NCBI GenBank assembly: GCA_951406725.2
Contig: OX597814.1
Coordinates: 82,336,001-82,400,000, forward strand
Source of the DNA: Octopus vulgaris
Lineage: Eukaryota
Length of the DNA: 64,000 nt
Direction of reading: 5' to 3'
Below, piece by piece: positions 13,777 to 29,574 of the stretch. The notes under the pieces are model-generated. The model was not told the DNA's origin, ran no database searches, and saw nothing but the letters and a program-made list of their open reading frames with translations. How positions within the stretch are numbered: position 1 is the first letter of the stretch; each line of letters opens with the position of its first letter. The position numbers were made by a program, and so were the translations under genes.

Positions 13777-14158
13777 TAGTACCTCCACCTTAGCAAAGGT
13801 GGAGGTATTGTTTTCAGTCAGGTTCATTTGTTTGTCTGTTTGCTTGTCCATGGACAAGATATCTCAAGAACCGCTGGATGGATTTGGATGAAAATTTCAG
13901 GAATGTTTGGCCTCATGACTGGTACAAATTGATTAGATTTTGGGGGCGATCTGGTATTGGACAAAGATTCTGAATTATTTTTCCTGTTTTTTTTTTACTT
14001 AATTTTTGAGAGCAGTCAAGTTAATTTTTAATATTCTCGCTTGTGAGAGCTGTCAAGTTTATTTCATATATTCTCATTTTAAAAATCATCTCTGGCTAAT
14101 TGTTGAGAGGACATTGGTGTTGCCTTAGCAGAGGCTTGAGCTCTCTGAGCACTCGTTA
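13777..14158 (+). mobile_element. Helentron-associated (HINE/DINE-1-like) non-autonomous element
   Basis: 5' hairpin TACCTCCACCTT..AAGGTGGAGGTA, (TTTG/TCTG) microsatellite, GGATGGATTTGGATGAAA core, 3' subterminal repeat TTAGCAGAGG and a terminal stem-loop-like GAGCTCTCTGAGCACTC. Confidence 0.7.
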
Positions 14159-14510
14159 TTATTAATATTATTATTATTATTATTATGTTATTGTAGTATA
14201 ATCCCACGAGCATACAATCAATGTGATAGAACTTGCTTAAATTATTCCTTTACCTATTTTAGGTGATTTCATATTTATTTTTTACTAGCTTAAAAGCCAC
14301 CCTTGAGCCCAACAATGACACTTCATGCACTGAGTACATATTAAATTTTATTAAACTTGACTAATAATTTTCAAGCAATGAATAATTTTCATCAAAACAA
14401 TGATATAATTTGTTGACTTGGAACTTATTGCAAAGCTGCATGATAAGCAACAATTTTTGTCTTCCCATTCGGGGGTCAGTACAATTTCTTTTCTGTCTAA
14501 CCACTATATT

Positions 14511-14545
<35 letters not shown>

Positions 14546-15987
14546 GTTGACTGTTTTCAACCATCACCAGTATCCCCACCATCACAACTGCCAAATACTC
14601 AGCATTCAGACTTCTGACACCACCATCATCAATACCTTTGATTTCGCCGCCGCCTTTCCTTCCACATCACTTACTATTACCGTCATTCCTGACTGCCTCA
14701 GCTACCACCACCACCATCATCACCATCGCCTCTGCCCCTATCACAACTTACAGCTCATACTATTACCATCACAACCATCAATCTACTACCACCCCCACCA
14801 TCTCTATGCCTACTATTACTCTCACCCCAGCAGGAGGAATAGTAGAAGTGTCACTGAATAGTGAGAGAGGGGGGTCAAAGGGTGACACACTGACACACAA
14901 AAATTCGTTTTGGCATTTATTATTATAGATGAATGCTAGAAGAATAAAAAGCTACATCATCCTAGAATTTGAGTGACAGAATTTCTCCACTTCAAACATG
15001 TTAGCTACAACAATCATTTAATACAATTATTTTTGTTTCTTCATTTCTGCAACAAGTCATTTCTTTTTTTAAAAAGAAAACTTCCTGTTTCACACTGCAT
15101 AAAGCTAACAATCAAATGACTCAAACTGCTGTTGCAACATTTGGTTGAAAAAAGTTGCAGACAGCTAGCTTAAAGCAAGCTTAGTGAGCAATTTAACTTA
15201 CTGAATAGAGACATGTCATATTCATTGTGTATTCTCTCTTGCTAAAATAGTGTCAAAAACAAAAATGAACCCAACTAGAAGATCAGGCTTTATAAAAGTC
15301 CAAATGGCCTCATTTTGTATTTGTTATAACAGGATTAGCTACTCAGCCATAAGGCTTTTGGAATTCAAAACAAGTGTTTACATCAACAGTTTATCATAAT
15401 TAACTAAGGGTATTCAAGCAGCTGAGCTCATATAACATAACTAAAATATATATCTCTGTATCATACATTCCTTTTATTTCATTTCAATAGATGTATTCAA
15501 GATGAAACCATTTCATTAAGTCTTGTGGTCTATATCCTGTACATGTTTTGTATTATTAACATTTGGTGGAATTTACATTTATATAAGAACAGAGTTGATA
15601 GAAATGATACAGCTACAAACTACGTCATACAGTATTACACTATTTTATCAGTATCATTCAGGATTTGGTATTAGTTGAGTAGGTTCTTCAGCACACTGAG
15701 CAGAAATATTTAAAAAATTTTCTCAGATTCGTAAATTGTTAATGTCAAATGAAATGCCTCGCAGTGTTTGTTTTGGCTTCTGTCAAGTTCAACTTTATCT
15801 TTCATTTTCCTAAGGTCAGTAACATAAAGTACCAATGAAAAAGCTGGGATGATTAAATTGACTGTTGATCTGTGTCAGCATGTAATAGGTTAGTAGTGTG
15901 CAGCTAAACCCAATTCCCTGCCCAATTACAAGTGAAATAGTGCACAAGTTGGAACACGTTGATGTCACATCAATATAATCTATCTGT

Positions 15988-16830
15988 AAGGTGGTGAGCT
16001 GGCAGAATCATTAGCATTTCATCCATCTTTACATTCTGAGTTCAAATTCTACCAAGGTTGACTTTACCTTTCATCCTTTCAGGATCAATAAAATATGTAC
16101 CAGTTGAGTACTGGAGTTGATGTAATTGACTTTGCTGCCTCTTGTGAAGTTGCTGGCCTTGTGCCAAAATTTGAAATCATTATTATTATCATTATCATCA
16201 TTATTATTATTAGTATTATTAAGGTGGTGAACTGGCAGTATCATTTGCACACTGGGCAAAATGCTTAGTGGTATCCTTACAATCTGAGTTCAAATTCTGC
16301 TGAGGTCAACTTTGCCTTTCATTCTTTCAGAGTTGATGAAATAAGTACTGGTTATGCATTAGAGTTAATGTAATCGACCAGTCCCCTACTGCCAACATTT
16401 CAGGCCTTGTCCCTGTAGTAGAAAGGATGATGAAACTAAGGCAGAGCTGGCAGAGTTGTTGCAGCACTGGGCAAAATGCTTAGCAGCATTTCATCTGTCT
16501 CTATATTCTGAGTTCAAATTCTGCTGAGGGCAATTTTGCTTTTCATCCTTTTGGGATCAATAAAATAAGTATCAGTTGAATACTGGGTCAATGTAATTGA
16601 CCTATCCTCTCTCCTGAAATTGCTGGCCTTATCCCAAAATTTGGAATCATTAGCACATCATTGGCAGAATTATTAGCACACCAAGCAAAATGTTTAGCAG
16701 CATTTCGTTTGTCTTTACCTTCTGAGTTCGAATTCTGCCAAGGTTGACTTTAGCTTTCATCCTTTGGGGGTTGATACAATAAGTACCTGTTGAGTACTGG
16801 TGTCAATGTAATTGACCCCATTAAAAATTG
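15988..16830 (+). mobile_element. Head-to-tail array of four family B SINEs (Deu/Nin-like domain)
   Basis: Units start near 15988, 16221, 16438 and 16660. Each has GCTGGCAGAATC (A-box-like), GAGTTCAAATTC (B-box-like) and GCCTTTCATCCTTT..GG.TC.ATAAAATAAGTAC, which resembles the Deu/Nin SINE domain. Confidence 0.8.
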
Positions 16831-16974
16831 AGAGCACAAAGTTAAAGGATTTGTTCTTCTGGAGCTACAGGCTGTAGTTTTCCATGCCTGGGCATATCAA
16901 CCCTATCTGAAATCAGACACAAATGGTTTTCTCATGATTACATGCTTTTCTTTATTTAAGAAATTTTAGTGTTC

Positions 16975-17370
16975 TTTTTATCTTTTATTTGCTTCAGTCA
17001 TTAGACTGCAGCCATGCTGGGACACTACTTTGAAGAATTTTTAGTCAAATGTATTGACCCCAGTACTCATTTTTTTAAAAACTTGGTACTTATTCTATCA
17101 GCCCCTTTTGCTGAACTGCTAAGTTACAGGATTGTAAACACACTAGTAATAGTTGTCAAGTGGTGGAGAGGGGGAATAAACACAAAGACACACACACATA
17201 AATATATATAAGATGGGCTTCTTTCAGTTTCTGTCAACCAAATCCACGTGCAAGACATTGGTCAGTTCGAAGTTATAGTAGAAGACAGCTGTCCAAGGTG
17301 CTATGCAATGAAACTGAACCCTGAACCATGTGGTTGGAAAGCAAGCTTCTTACCATGCAGCAACACCTGT
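16975..17370 (-). mobile_element. tRNA-derived SINE family A, full length
   Basis: Collinear with 21293-21612. Confidence 0.8.
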
Positions 17371-17689
17371 TGAAATATTTTAGCTTAATTTTAATATTTT
17401 GGGGGTGGTTTTACTAAGATAATTATTTAGTTTATGTTGTTATTGCTATTTAGCACCTGACCAACTCTCACTGAGCAGATGATCAAAGGCATTCCGGTCA
17501 TGACCATCTCATCAGTCCTGTTTTTAATGTATTTTGTATTACATTATCCAACATGTTCTTACTTTCATTAAATGCTCTGCGATTCAGGCATTAATTCTGG
17601 GAGGACGAAAATTCTTTGTAAGCTCATTGCATTTCATGTTGAAGGAGGATGATGACATCAATGCTTGGGTTTCAATGACACCCTTTACC

Positions 17690-18085
17690 TTTTACTTGTT
17701 TCAGTCATTATACTGCAGCCATGTTGGGGCACTCCCTTAAAGGATTTCTTTTTAGTCGAATGAATTGACGCCAATATTTACTTTTTGTTAAGCTTAGTAC
17801 TTATCCTATTGGTCTTTTTTGCCAAACCACTAAGTAACGGAGACATAAACACACCAATACCAGTTGTCAAGGGGTGGTGAGGGACAAAAACAGGCACAAA
17901 GATGCACACACACACACACACACACACACGAACTTCTTTCAGTTTCTGTCTACCAAATCCACTAACAAGGCTCTGGTTGACCCAAGGCTACAGCAGAAGA
18001 CATTTGCCCAAGGTGCTATGCAGTGGATCAGAACCCAGAACCATGTAGTTGGGAAACAAGATTCTTACCCATAGCCACACTTGCA
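17690..18085 (-). mobile_element. tRNA-derived SINE family A, full length
   Basis: Collinear with 21293-21612, with internal (CA)n. Confidence 0.8.
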
Positions 18086-18249
18086 CATATATAGCTGAAG
18101 GTTTTGCAGCACTTACATATGATATAAACTTTTGAAGATATTATTTGTTCTATGTCTATATTGGAAAGTTACCTAACTGCTTTAGCACATTGAATCTTTA
18201 TCTTCATTATCCCAATTAAACAGGATTCAGGAGTGACCTTCCTTACACT

Positions 18250-18455
18250 AAGGAAGCAAGCTGGCAGAATCGTTAGCACACCAGGCAAAATGCTTAGCAG
18301 CATTTTATTTGTTCTGCTTTCAAATTCCTCTGGGCTCAACTTTGCCTTTTATCTATCTGGGGTCATCGTAAGTGCCAGTTGAGCATCAAGGACAATGTAA
18401 TCGACTTACCCACTCACCCAAAACTTCAGGCCTCATGCCTAAATTTGAAACCACT
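18250..18455 (+). mobile_element. SINE family B
   Basis: Collinear with the units at 15988-16830. Confidence 0.75.
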
Positions 18456-18990
18456 GTTGGTCTTAATGATGAAATTTCATACAGAATCAACAGGACTAGT
18501 AGTGCTTTGGTAGGCTTGATAGGCGTCTGTGGAGACAACATAATATAGCTTCACAAATTAAAGTTAAGGTATATAACACATGCATCTTTGCTATATGGAA
18601 GTGAGGCATGGATTGTTCACCGTAGGCAGGTAAGGCAATTGGAACGATTTCATCAATATTGTCTGAGAAAAATTGGGGGTATAAACTGGAAAATGGCCAT
18701 TAGTAATGTGGAAGTGCTTGAAAGGAATGGCAGTAGAAGTATAGAGTCAATGATTTTGCAAAGACGTTTGAGGTGGGGGGGACATTTGGTTATGGATGAG
18801 TGATGAGCGACTGCCCAAGCAGCTATTGTATGGTGAGCTGGAAGATGGCAGGAGGCCAGCAAATAAGCCTAAACTAAGGTTTAAGGATTGCCTTAAAAAT
18901 GCTCTAATACAGACATGAATTGCTGCTGGTAATTGGGAGAGGGAGGCACAAGACCATAATGGATGGAGGAAGATAGTGCATGATGGTTGT
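18456..18990 (+). mobile_element. RTE (BovB-like) LINE C-terminal fragment
   Basis: Peptide LYGSEAW...LERFHQYCLRKI..INW...SNVEVLER...SIESMILQRRLRWGGHL, then RLPKQLLYGEL. Contains frameshifts and stops. Confidence 0.85.
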
Positions 18991-20453
18991 TCAAGGTTTG
19001 TGAGGATTTTGTTCTATGGGGCTTTTGGTCGGATCTCGTTTCAACCCTATTCAAAGATGTTTTCAATAGGATTATGTATACTACATTACAAATTGCACAT
19101 ATGAATTGCATTTATAGTGTGACATCTTTAATTACTGCATGTCACTGATATGTAAATGGTGAAATTTAAAAAATACCTAGTTCATGCCCATGTCTCTCTC
19201 TCTCCCTCTCTCTCTCTCTCTTTCCCTCTCTCTCTTGTTTCATGTTCTGAACCATTCTCAAATTCCAGATGTATACCAATTGTCTAAAACTGATATTTGA
19301 TAAGATTCCAGGTTAGATGAAAGGGGATGGTTGGTGATGGTGAAATACTAAGAGAAGAAATGAAACGTGTAACAGTTCAGTTAGGTCTCTTTAACTGAGA
19401 TGATGTAAAACAGGCGTGCCTGCAAGATACGCTTGATTCTTTGAGCTCCTCAAGAAAATCAAAGAACAGTTCATTGACACCGTTGAGTAAATGGTATGAA
19501 TAAATAAATAAATGAACTTTCTCTTTTTCACAAAATGTTTATAGTTGAAAAGAGAAATAAATGAAACATTCATTTACTTCCTTTGAAAACAAGCCATAGG
19601 CTCCTCATCACTCTGCCATCCTATACCGCATCCAGAAAAGGGTCGCCCAAGTGACAAACTCACTTAGACACACATTTCAACCTTTGGTCCGGAGGCGTGC
19701 TCCCCCCCTCTCTCTCTTTACAACATACACCCAGACTTTTCTTCTCAATTCATCAACCTCTAGAATTACCTCCCTGTTCATATCTTCACAGCAAGGGTTG
19801 AATTACTAAGGTACAAGGGCATCAAGCTCATTTGTCTAGGAAGCCCTGCAAAAGCTAAGGATTCTATCCCTTTTGTGAGTAACTGAAAAAAAGTTAATAA
19901 AAGAAACTAACTGTTCTCATGCACTTGATGACAATAAGTACCAATAAAATATCGACCAAACTTCTTTATGGCCTGAAAAAGATATCCCTTTCACTTCTGG
20001 ATGGAGAAGAAATTACGACATAATAAAAGTGTGGGGGCCCTGAAATCCAAGTACTTTCTTATAGAAAACTTCCATACAGCTCACAAGTTGTCATTTCTTT
20101 TATTATTTTTTTTATGCATTATTTATAAATCCATAAGGGTGCGCCAACGATTCTGTTATCTTGTCATCCTGTATCTCTATATACTTAATTACGCGACGAC
20201 ATTTTAAGTGTGCGAATTCTGAACAATATTAAACTGAATTATAAAACCTCGTGACACTTTAAAGCAGTCAACAAGGGACTGGTATATCGGACAATATATT
20301 CTCTTACGTAATGACCTGTGGCCATGACTGGAATCTGCTCAACTAGGGATGATCTGGGACATTAGATATTAAATAAAACTAAAATTCAACAGAAACATAA
20401 ATAAAGAAAAAAATTTTAAAAAAACACAAAAATAGAGAGATCGTCAATATTGT

Positions 20454-20801
20454 TCAGTTCAATATTTAAGACATGAGGAATTATGTACATTATTTACATT
20501 TTACGGATATTTGTCCTCATCTTGTTTGTTGTTAACACGTTTCGGCTGATATATACCCTCCAGCCTTCATAATGGTGTCTTGAGGAAATTTCGAACCTGG
20601 GTTCGAATTCCTAATGTATTTTTCGATGTTGTTATTGTTATTGTTGTTATTATTATTATTCAGGTCACTGCATGGAATCGAACTCAGAATTTTGGGGTTA
20701 GTAACCCGCGCTCTTAACCACTACACCACATGCCGTGGGCCGAAACGTTGTGTTAACAACAAACAAAATGAGGACAAATATCCATCAAATGTAAATAATG
20801 T
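20454..20801 (-). mobile_element. Short Penelope-derived element: tRNA-like head + (AAT/AAC)n + hammerhead module, with inverted 3' duplication
   Basis: TSD CAATATTGT at 20445-20453 and 20802-20810. A box at 20728-20718 and B box at 20685-20674. 20738-20801 is an inverted copy of about 20487-20547. Homologous to 53850-54074. Confidence 0.8.
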
Positions 20802-21292
20802 CAATATTGTCGTTTAGACCTAGATGAGCCCCGATCATGTAGACTTAGGATTGGAGGCATTTCCGATGTGTCTTACCTTTGTTAAGACAATAAAGTGTAA
20901 GTTAAGAGGGATAAATTCGGCTGCTATTTCTAACAGATCGAGCGACAGCTATCACGTAGTCCTGTCCCCCATTCCATATAAGGTGCGAAATCCTTCGTGG
21001 CTGCAAGCAAGTTATATTCTGTTACATAGAATTTATAGCTGAAGATGTGTTTTGAAACGAGAGATTTGTGGTCTATAGCAAAAAAAAAAAATATCTACCA
21101 CTAAAGAGATAAACCATTTTATAGATATGATAGTACAGGACTAAGTATTCTAATTCTTTGCTGACACGCAAACTGTCATGCTATATGCATATTCTGTATT
21201 CTCATAAAAGTACTTCTGTATAGATTATACACACGAATGTGTGTGTGTGTGTTTTTTTTTTTGGGGGGGGGGGGGTCTTCGCCATATATATA

Positions 21293-21612
21293 TACTCTTT
21301 TACTTGTTTCAGTCATTTGACTACGGCCATGCTGGAGCACCGCCTTTAATCGAGCAACTCGATCCCGGGACTTATTCTATCGCTAAGTAACGGGGACATA
21401 AACACACCAGCATTGGTTGTCAAGCACTCATATATATATATACATATATACGACGGGCTTCTTTCAGTTTTCGTCGACCAAATCCACTCACAGGGCTTTG
21501 GTCGGCCCGAGGCTATAGTAGAAGACACTTGACCAAAGTGCCACGCAGTGGGGCTGAACCCGGAACTATGTGGTTGGTAAACAAGCTACTTACCACACAG
21601 CCACTCCTGCGC
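21293..21612 (-). mobile_element. tRNA-derived SINE family A, CpG-intact copy
   Basis: The reverse complement reads GCGCAGGAGTGGCTGTGTGG (A box), GGGTTCAGCCCC (B box), TTGGTCAAGTGTCTTCTACTATAGCCTCGGG and tail ACTGAAACAAGTAAAA. Confidence 0.85.
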
Positions 21613-21678
21613 AATTATATATATATTTTATTTTTTTTTTTTTTTTTTTTTTTTGTTTTGTTTTATATTTGTTTACTT

Positions 21679-24159
<2,481 letters not shown>

Positions 24160-24319
24160 TAATTTACGGTAATATTATTACCTTTACCCATTTAATACAA
24201 TAGATGAACTGATTGCTTGACAATTTTTAACATCTATGTATTAATTTTGTTGGGTACCTATCTAGCAGTATATTGGATATATATTATCCCATGGTGGGTT
24301 GAATTTTCAACCCCTATCT

Positions 24320-24664
<345 letters not shown>

Positions 24665-24898
24665 CGACAGGTGATGACCGGGGACTTTTCCTTATTTTCT
24701 TGTTATAATTTTGTTTTTCTCGTTTCTACGTCCTGTTGTGGTGTCCTGTACTCACGTATATTTATTTATATATGCATGTATATATACATGTAGATGTAGG
24801 TACGAACATATATGTTTGTATGTATGCATATATTTTAATTATTATTATTATTATTATATATATATATATACTTTATTTAAAGCAGCAGAAAATTCAAC

Positions 24899-24946
24899 AA
24901 AACCTGTTACTCTGAGTTTCCCGTTGCCGTTCATCGGACAGTTTTT
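24899..24946 (-). ncRNA. Minimal type I hammerhead-like motif (U4C core variant)
   Basis: The minus strand reads CTGT-CCGATGA-A-CGG caa CGG-GAA-ACTC a GAGT-A-ACAG. Stems I and III pair, the cleavage triplet is GUA, and stem II has one mismatch. Confidence 0.5.
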
Positions 24947-24947
24947 G

Positions 24948-24981
<34 letters not shown>

Positions 24982-26580
24982 GCGTGAGTCGTGTAAGAAG
25001 ACCATAAGTCAGGGAGAAGATGCACTCGTATAACTTAGAAATTGTCTGAATTTCATAGCGTTAATTATCCATTGGTAAGACCAGCCGTGATGGATAATTA
25101 ACACTAAAATTCAGACAAGATATTGTACATGACTCGCCACCTATTTTCTATATGAACATAACACTACATCCTCAGGTACATACATACATACATACATACA
25201 AACACACACACACACATATTTTGCCTGTTAATAGAGTTTTACCTTTTTCATTCTCTAGCCGCATACATTCCTTTTTCTCCACTTTCTCAGTCTCTGCTTT
25301 CTAGTTCTCACTTTCTTTTATTCATAACATACGCACGCACATATTTAGTTGTATTTTATTTGAATTATATAAAGCTTCTCTCGGTTAACAGTCAGCCACT
25401 CACTCGCCTCTGCCGGCAATTTTCTGTTTGTTATCTTTAAAAACAGAATCTATAGTTTTCCATTTCTTGGCTTGCGTGACAGTTGAAGCAATCAAAGGAT
25501 CAAGGTGAAATGTCATCAGCTTAAGAACTGTCTTATTTTATAAGGGGAAAAAAGGCCTCCTCGTTCAATAAAGGATTAATTTCAAAAGACTTGTGGTTAG
25601 ATTATTACGTGAACGAGTAATTATATCATTTGAATAGGAGCTAGACATGCATAAACATACAAAGCAATGTTAAGAACTAAGTGTTGTATTTGTCTTCAAC
25701 TCACCGAAAGTATTTGTGTACTGTCTATTGATGTGTTGTAACATGGAAAGATGAAAGTGAACAGACGCATTTGTTTGTATGTGAAACTATTTAGTGATAT
25801 ACTTCTTCAAGCATAAAAAAGTCCATATCAAATAAAATGTATAATGGATATTTGGAAGATGAGTACATACACAGGTGTTTATTGGAAGAGGAGCATTCAA
25901 CACGTGTCTCAGAATTAAGTGCCCGTAAAGAAATTCTGAATCAAGCTATATATATATATATGGCGAAGTTTCGCATGTACTATGCCTATATGGCGAAGTT
26001 AGAGAGAGAGAGAGAGAGAGAGAGGTGCTAAAAAATTTTCTAAATTTTAATCCCCAACCCACCCCTCCGCCCCAATTTTAAATGTATTGTATATTGAAGT
26101 GTGAATATTTCATCAAAGCAAGTATGTAAAGTGTACTATGTTCATTTGGCTAAACTGTAGAAATGGTTGTTTCGATACTGTTAAAAATCACTATATTTTT
26201 CCTCGTTACAAACCTGCTTTAATGCAATTTCCACACTTTAAAATACAACAATACATTTAAAATCGGCGGGTTGAAGGGGAGGAATTTTGAAATTTTAATT
26301 TTTTTCTTTTTTTGCATATTCGTAATCTCCGACCTAGGAATCCTAAAAAACTTTTTTCAGAAAAATGCATCTATCAAAGTGAGGTGCGAATCTGCATCAG
26401 TCCCTATATATATGCTGCATGTATATATATGTATGTATGTATATATAGAGAGAGGGAGGGAGATAGATAGATAGTTTGTACAAAACATATCCGGAGAAGA
26501 AGCACACTCTAACGTGTAGAGCGGTATATATTATATAAGACAGACAGACAGATTCGATACAAAGCTTAGTGTGTGTGTAT

Positions 26581-26645
26581 ATACACGGAGAGAGACGGTG
26601 GGGTACGAATATATATACACGGAGAGAGACGGTGGGGTACGAATA
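26581..26645. repeat. Two-copy 34-bp tandem repeat
   Basis: ATACACGGAGAGAGACGGTGGGGTACGAATA occurs twice. Confidence 0.85.
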
Positions 26646-27990
26646 CATGTAGCGATATGATTAGGTGTGTGTACGAAATTACATAAATGGTGTGTATCAC
26701 GCACACACGTAACAAGCTGCTAAAAGTGCAACAGTAGAATCTGAAGAAACTAGTGATGTTGTGCGTCGATAAAAAGTAATAAAAATGGTTCAACCAGTGA
26801 ATAAAAAAATTATGGCGTAAGAAAGACGTTTTAACGATTCGGACAGAACCTTTCATGAGGTGTGAAGTGCACCCAAAGCGTTAGGCTTCTGTTCTTCATA
26901 ACGGATCAAATTTATTCCACTGTTTGAATTATTTGTGTGTTATTTGTGAAACTGAATAACCCATTTTGCCGGGATGGGGGGTATATTTATATGCCAATGA
27001 AAGGTATGGAATCAGAAGTACATAATATTCTTTGATAGACACAAGATCCCGGTTTGACAGTGAGAGGAAACGAGTTCGCTATGCTTATATTTTCTTCGGA
27101 CACAACAGTAATGTGATAAAAATTGCAGAAGCAAAAGACAAACTCGAGACCGGCTACATTCGGTCTCAATGTAAACAAATAGAACTAAATTTTTTAAGAC
27201 ATGTCATTTGGACACAAGACCACGATTTTTTAAAGAGTAGCGACAAGTAAGTCGATTATATCGATCTACTGCTTAACTAGTACTTATTCTATGGACCCAC
27301 GAAGCAAAGTTAACATCGCCTGAGGCTCAAGGTCGCGCATTTGGGGAGTAGGGGTATAGTTTTAATATCGACCCTGTACTTGACTGGTACTTATTTTATC
27401 GATTAGAGGAAGATGGAAAGCAGCCGACTGAATTTAGAATTAAATTATGGCGAGCCATTCCACTTATGTTGTCGTTGTCATAAATATCACAACATCCTCT
27501 TTCTCTCATTAAAACAAGATAGGTCTATTTAGCGTAAATATTATTAGAAAATATGAGTCTGAGAATTGTCTAGAAAGTCGCCACTATTACTTTGTAGTTT
27601 TCTTTAGATGCAAATATTCAAGAACATAAATTATCTGCAATATTCTGTGCCGGTGATATTTATGATGTTATTCTTTTGGCCATTCAATTATTTGTCAGTT
27701 GTTTAGGATGTGACCGAGAGAATACCGATATTAAAATTTCGCAGTGCATACATACTATGACACATATCTATGACAAAAACAAAGCTAGCATTTGGTTTTC
27801 CAACAACAGCGAAACGTAATGATTTAAAATATTGAAAGAAGCTTTACAACTAGAAGTTATTACAAGCACCAAATACTGAATTAGATGAAATTATTGTTTT
27901 GAAAATAAAGCGAATTCTATCAAGTATTATTTTTATTATTTGTATTGACTTCCATAATAGTGAGAGAAGAAGAAAAATTACACAACTTAC

Positions 27991-28077
27991 GTCAGCTCGG
28001 CTTTTAATCGTGCTTCTCTTCGGACGCAATAATACATCTTTAAAATCCAATTTGATATCACTATCTATGCGTGGCAT
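27991..28077 (-). CDS. GMPR: GMP reductase, first coding exon ([29 protein letters not shown])
   Basis: 87-bp ATG-initiated exon in AAAATG context, ending at a GTAAGT donor. The peptide matches the N-terminus of animal GMP reductase ([24 protein letters not shown]). Confidence 0.96.
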
Positions 28078-28089
28078 TTTGCTCCACCT

Positions 28090-28700
28090 GCGAGATCTAC
28101 TTTCTAATATGTAAGTGTGTTAAATCTGTTTAGTACTTAAAAAGACATGAAATAAGTATTCATTCGAGGTGTGCTACTTCAGGCTCCAGCAGACAGATTG
28201 TCAGTAAGACAGGTAGACGGCTAATGAATAACTATGGAAGCTGCAAAGTGCCAAAATCGATCTCACTCACAAAGATATGTTTAAAAAAAGTAAACAAAAA
28301 TATCAGAAACGCTAGTAAAATTCTTAAAATATTGTCAACTAAATTTAATGTAATAAGCTTTGTTGCCAAATAAAAAAAATGTCTGTGTGTTTTCCAGCAA
28401 TCTATTTTTAGATGAATTTATAGATATTAACTTCAAATAAAGGACAAGTGTATGTAACCTTGAAGATTTTTGGCATTATTAAACGATTCCTAGAACTCGG
28501 TAAAAACAGTAGTGAAACCGGAAATACGTTGTATTACCATGCCCCAGGCTATTGTAACTTTTTAAAATATTAAGCCACCAGTCACCAAATGTTTAACATA
28601 AGTGATCAACAGACCCACTCACAACCCACAGTGCCACGACAGTTAATCATCGTCTTCCATTCGAAACTGTGGGTTATGTACGGTTGGGGGGGGGGCTCTA
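28090..28700 (-). promoter_or_regulatory. Candidate GMPR promoter / 5' UTR region
   Basis: Immediately upstream of the ATG, largely repeat-free and CpG-retaining, with an ETS-like CCGGAAAT at 28518-28525. A possible acceptor cgcag lies just before the ATG (exon start 28087), which could imply a non-coding first exon. Confidence 0.35.
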
Positions 28701-28997
28701 TTCTTAACTTTTTAACAGTGGTCATCAAAATACAACCTGAGCGCACAACATGCATATAAATCTATGCAAGTATATACCAGGTGTGTACAGACACAATATG
28801 TATACCTACCTACCAAGCTCTTCGATCAAACCCTTCCTATAGGGATCAACTTTGATATTTGAAAATGAATAACAGTGTGTCCCATTTCAAGAAGGACAAT
28901 TTCTCTTACAATGGCTACTGTTACCCACTCAAACTAACTTCCAATGCCTCTAAGATAATGGAAACAGCAATTAGCAATGACGTCCTCCAACACTATG

Positions 28998-29051
<54 letters not shown>

Positions 29052-29439
29052 TAATGACTACTAGTATGTTTCTGTAAAGCCAGGCTCACTACTGACCATC
29101 TCCCAGTGGGCTCTCACCTTGGAGAAATTGTGTGAAAGCAATGTTATTGACTTCAATGTCCACAAAGCTGCCACCTGTGAGCAGCATGCAAATCTCTTAT
29201 CAAAAGTGTCAGTCTGTGGGCTTCATCTGTCTCATCTACTGGATTGGTAGCTTTCTATCAGATCCTATTATCATACCACTCTTTCTGCCTCCCATTTTAA
29301 GAACTCCAGCATGTTCCAGAATTCAGTTCCATAACCCACCCTCTTCTCTTATCAATGCCTAACTGAGTATCACATCTATCAATATCTACTCTTACACAGG
29401 TGACACTATTCTTCATTCTTCCCAATGTATCAATTACTT

Positions 29440-29565
29440 GCAACATGGTTCCAGGTTGAGTCCCACTGCATAGCCCCTTGGGCAAGTGTCTTCTGCCATA
29501 GCCTCGGGCCAACCAAAACGTTGTGAGTGGATTTGTGAGACAGAAACTGAAAGAAGCCTGTCATA
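29440..29565 (+). mobile_element. SINE family A, 5' half
   Basis: Contains CTTGGGCAAGTGTCTTCTGCCATAGCCTCGGGCC...AACTGAAAGAAGCC. Confidence 0.75.
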
Positions 29566-29574
29566 AATATATAT

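Noticed and set aside
20661-20734. Possible tRNA gene
   Set aside because: It has A/B boxes but no good acceptor stem or oligo-T terminator, and it is embedded in a TSD-bounded mobile element.
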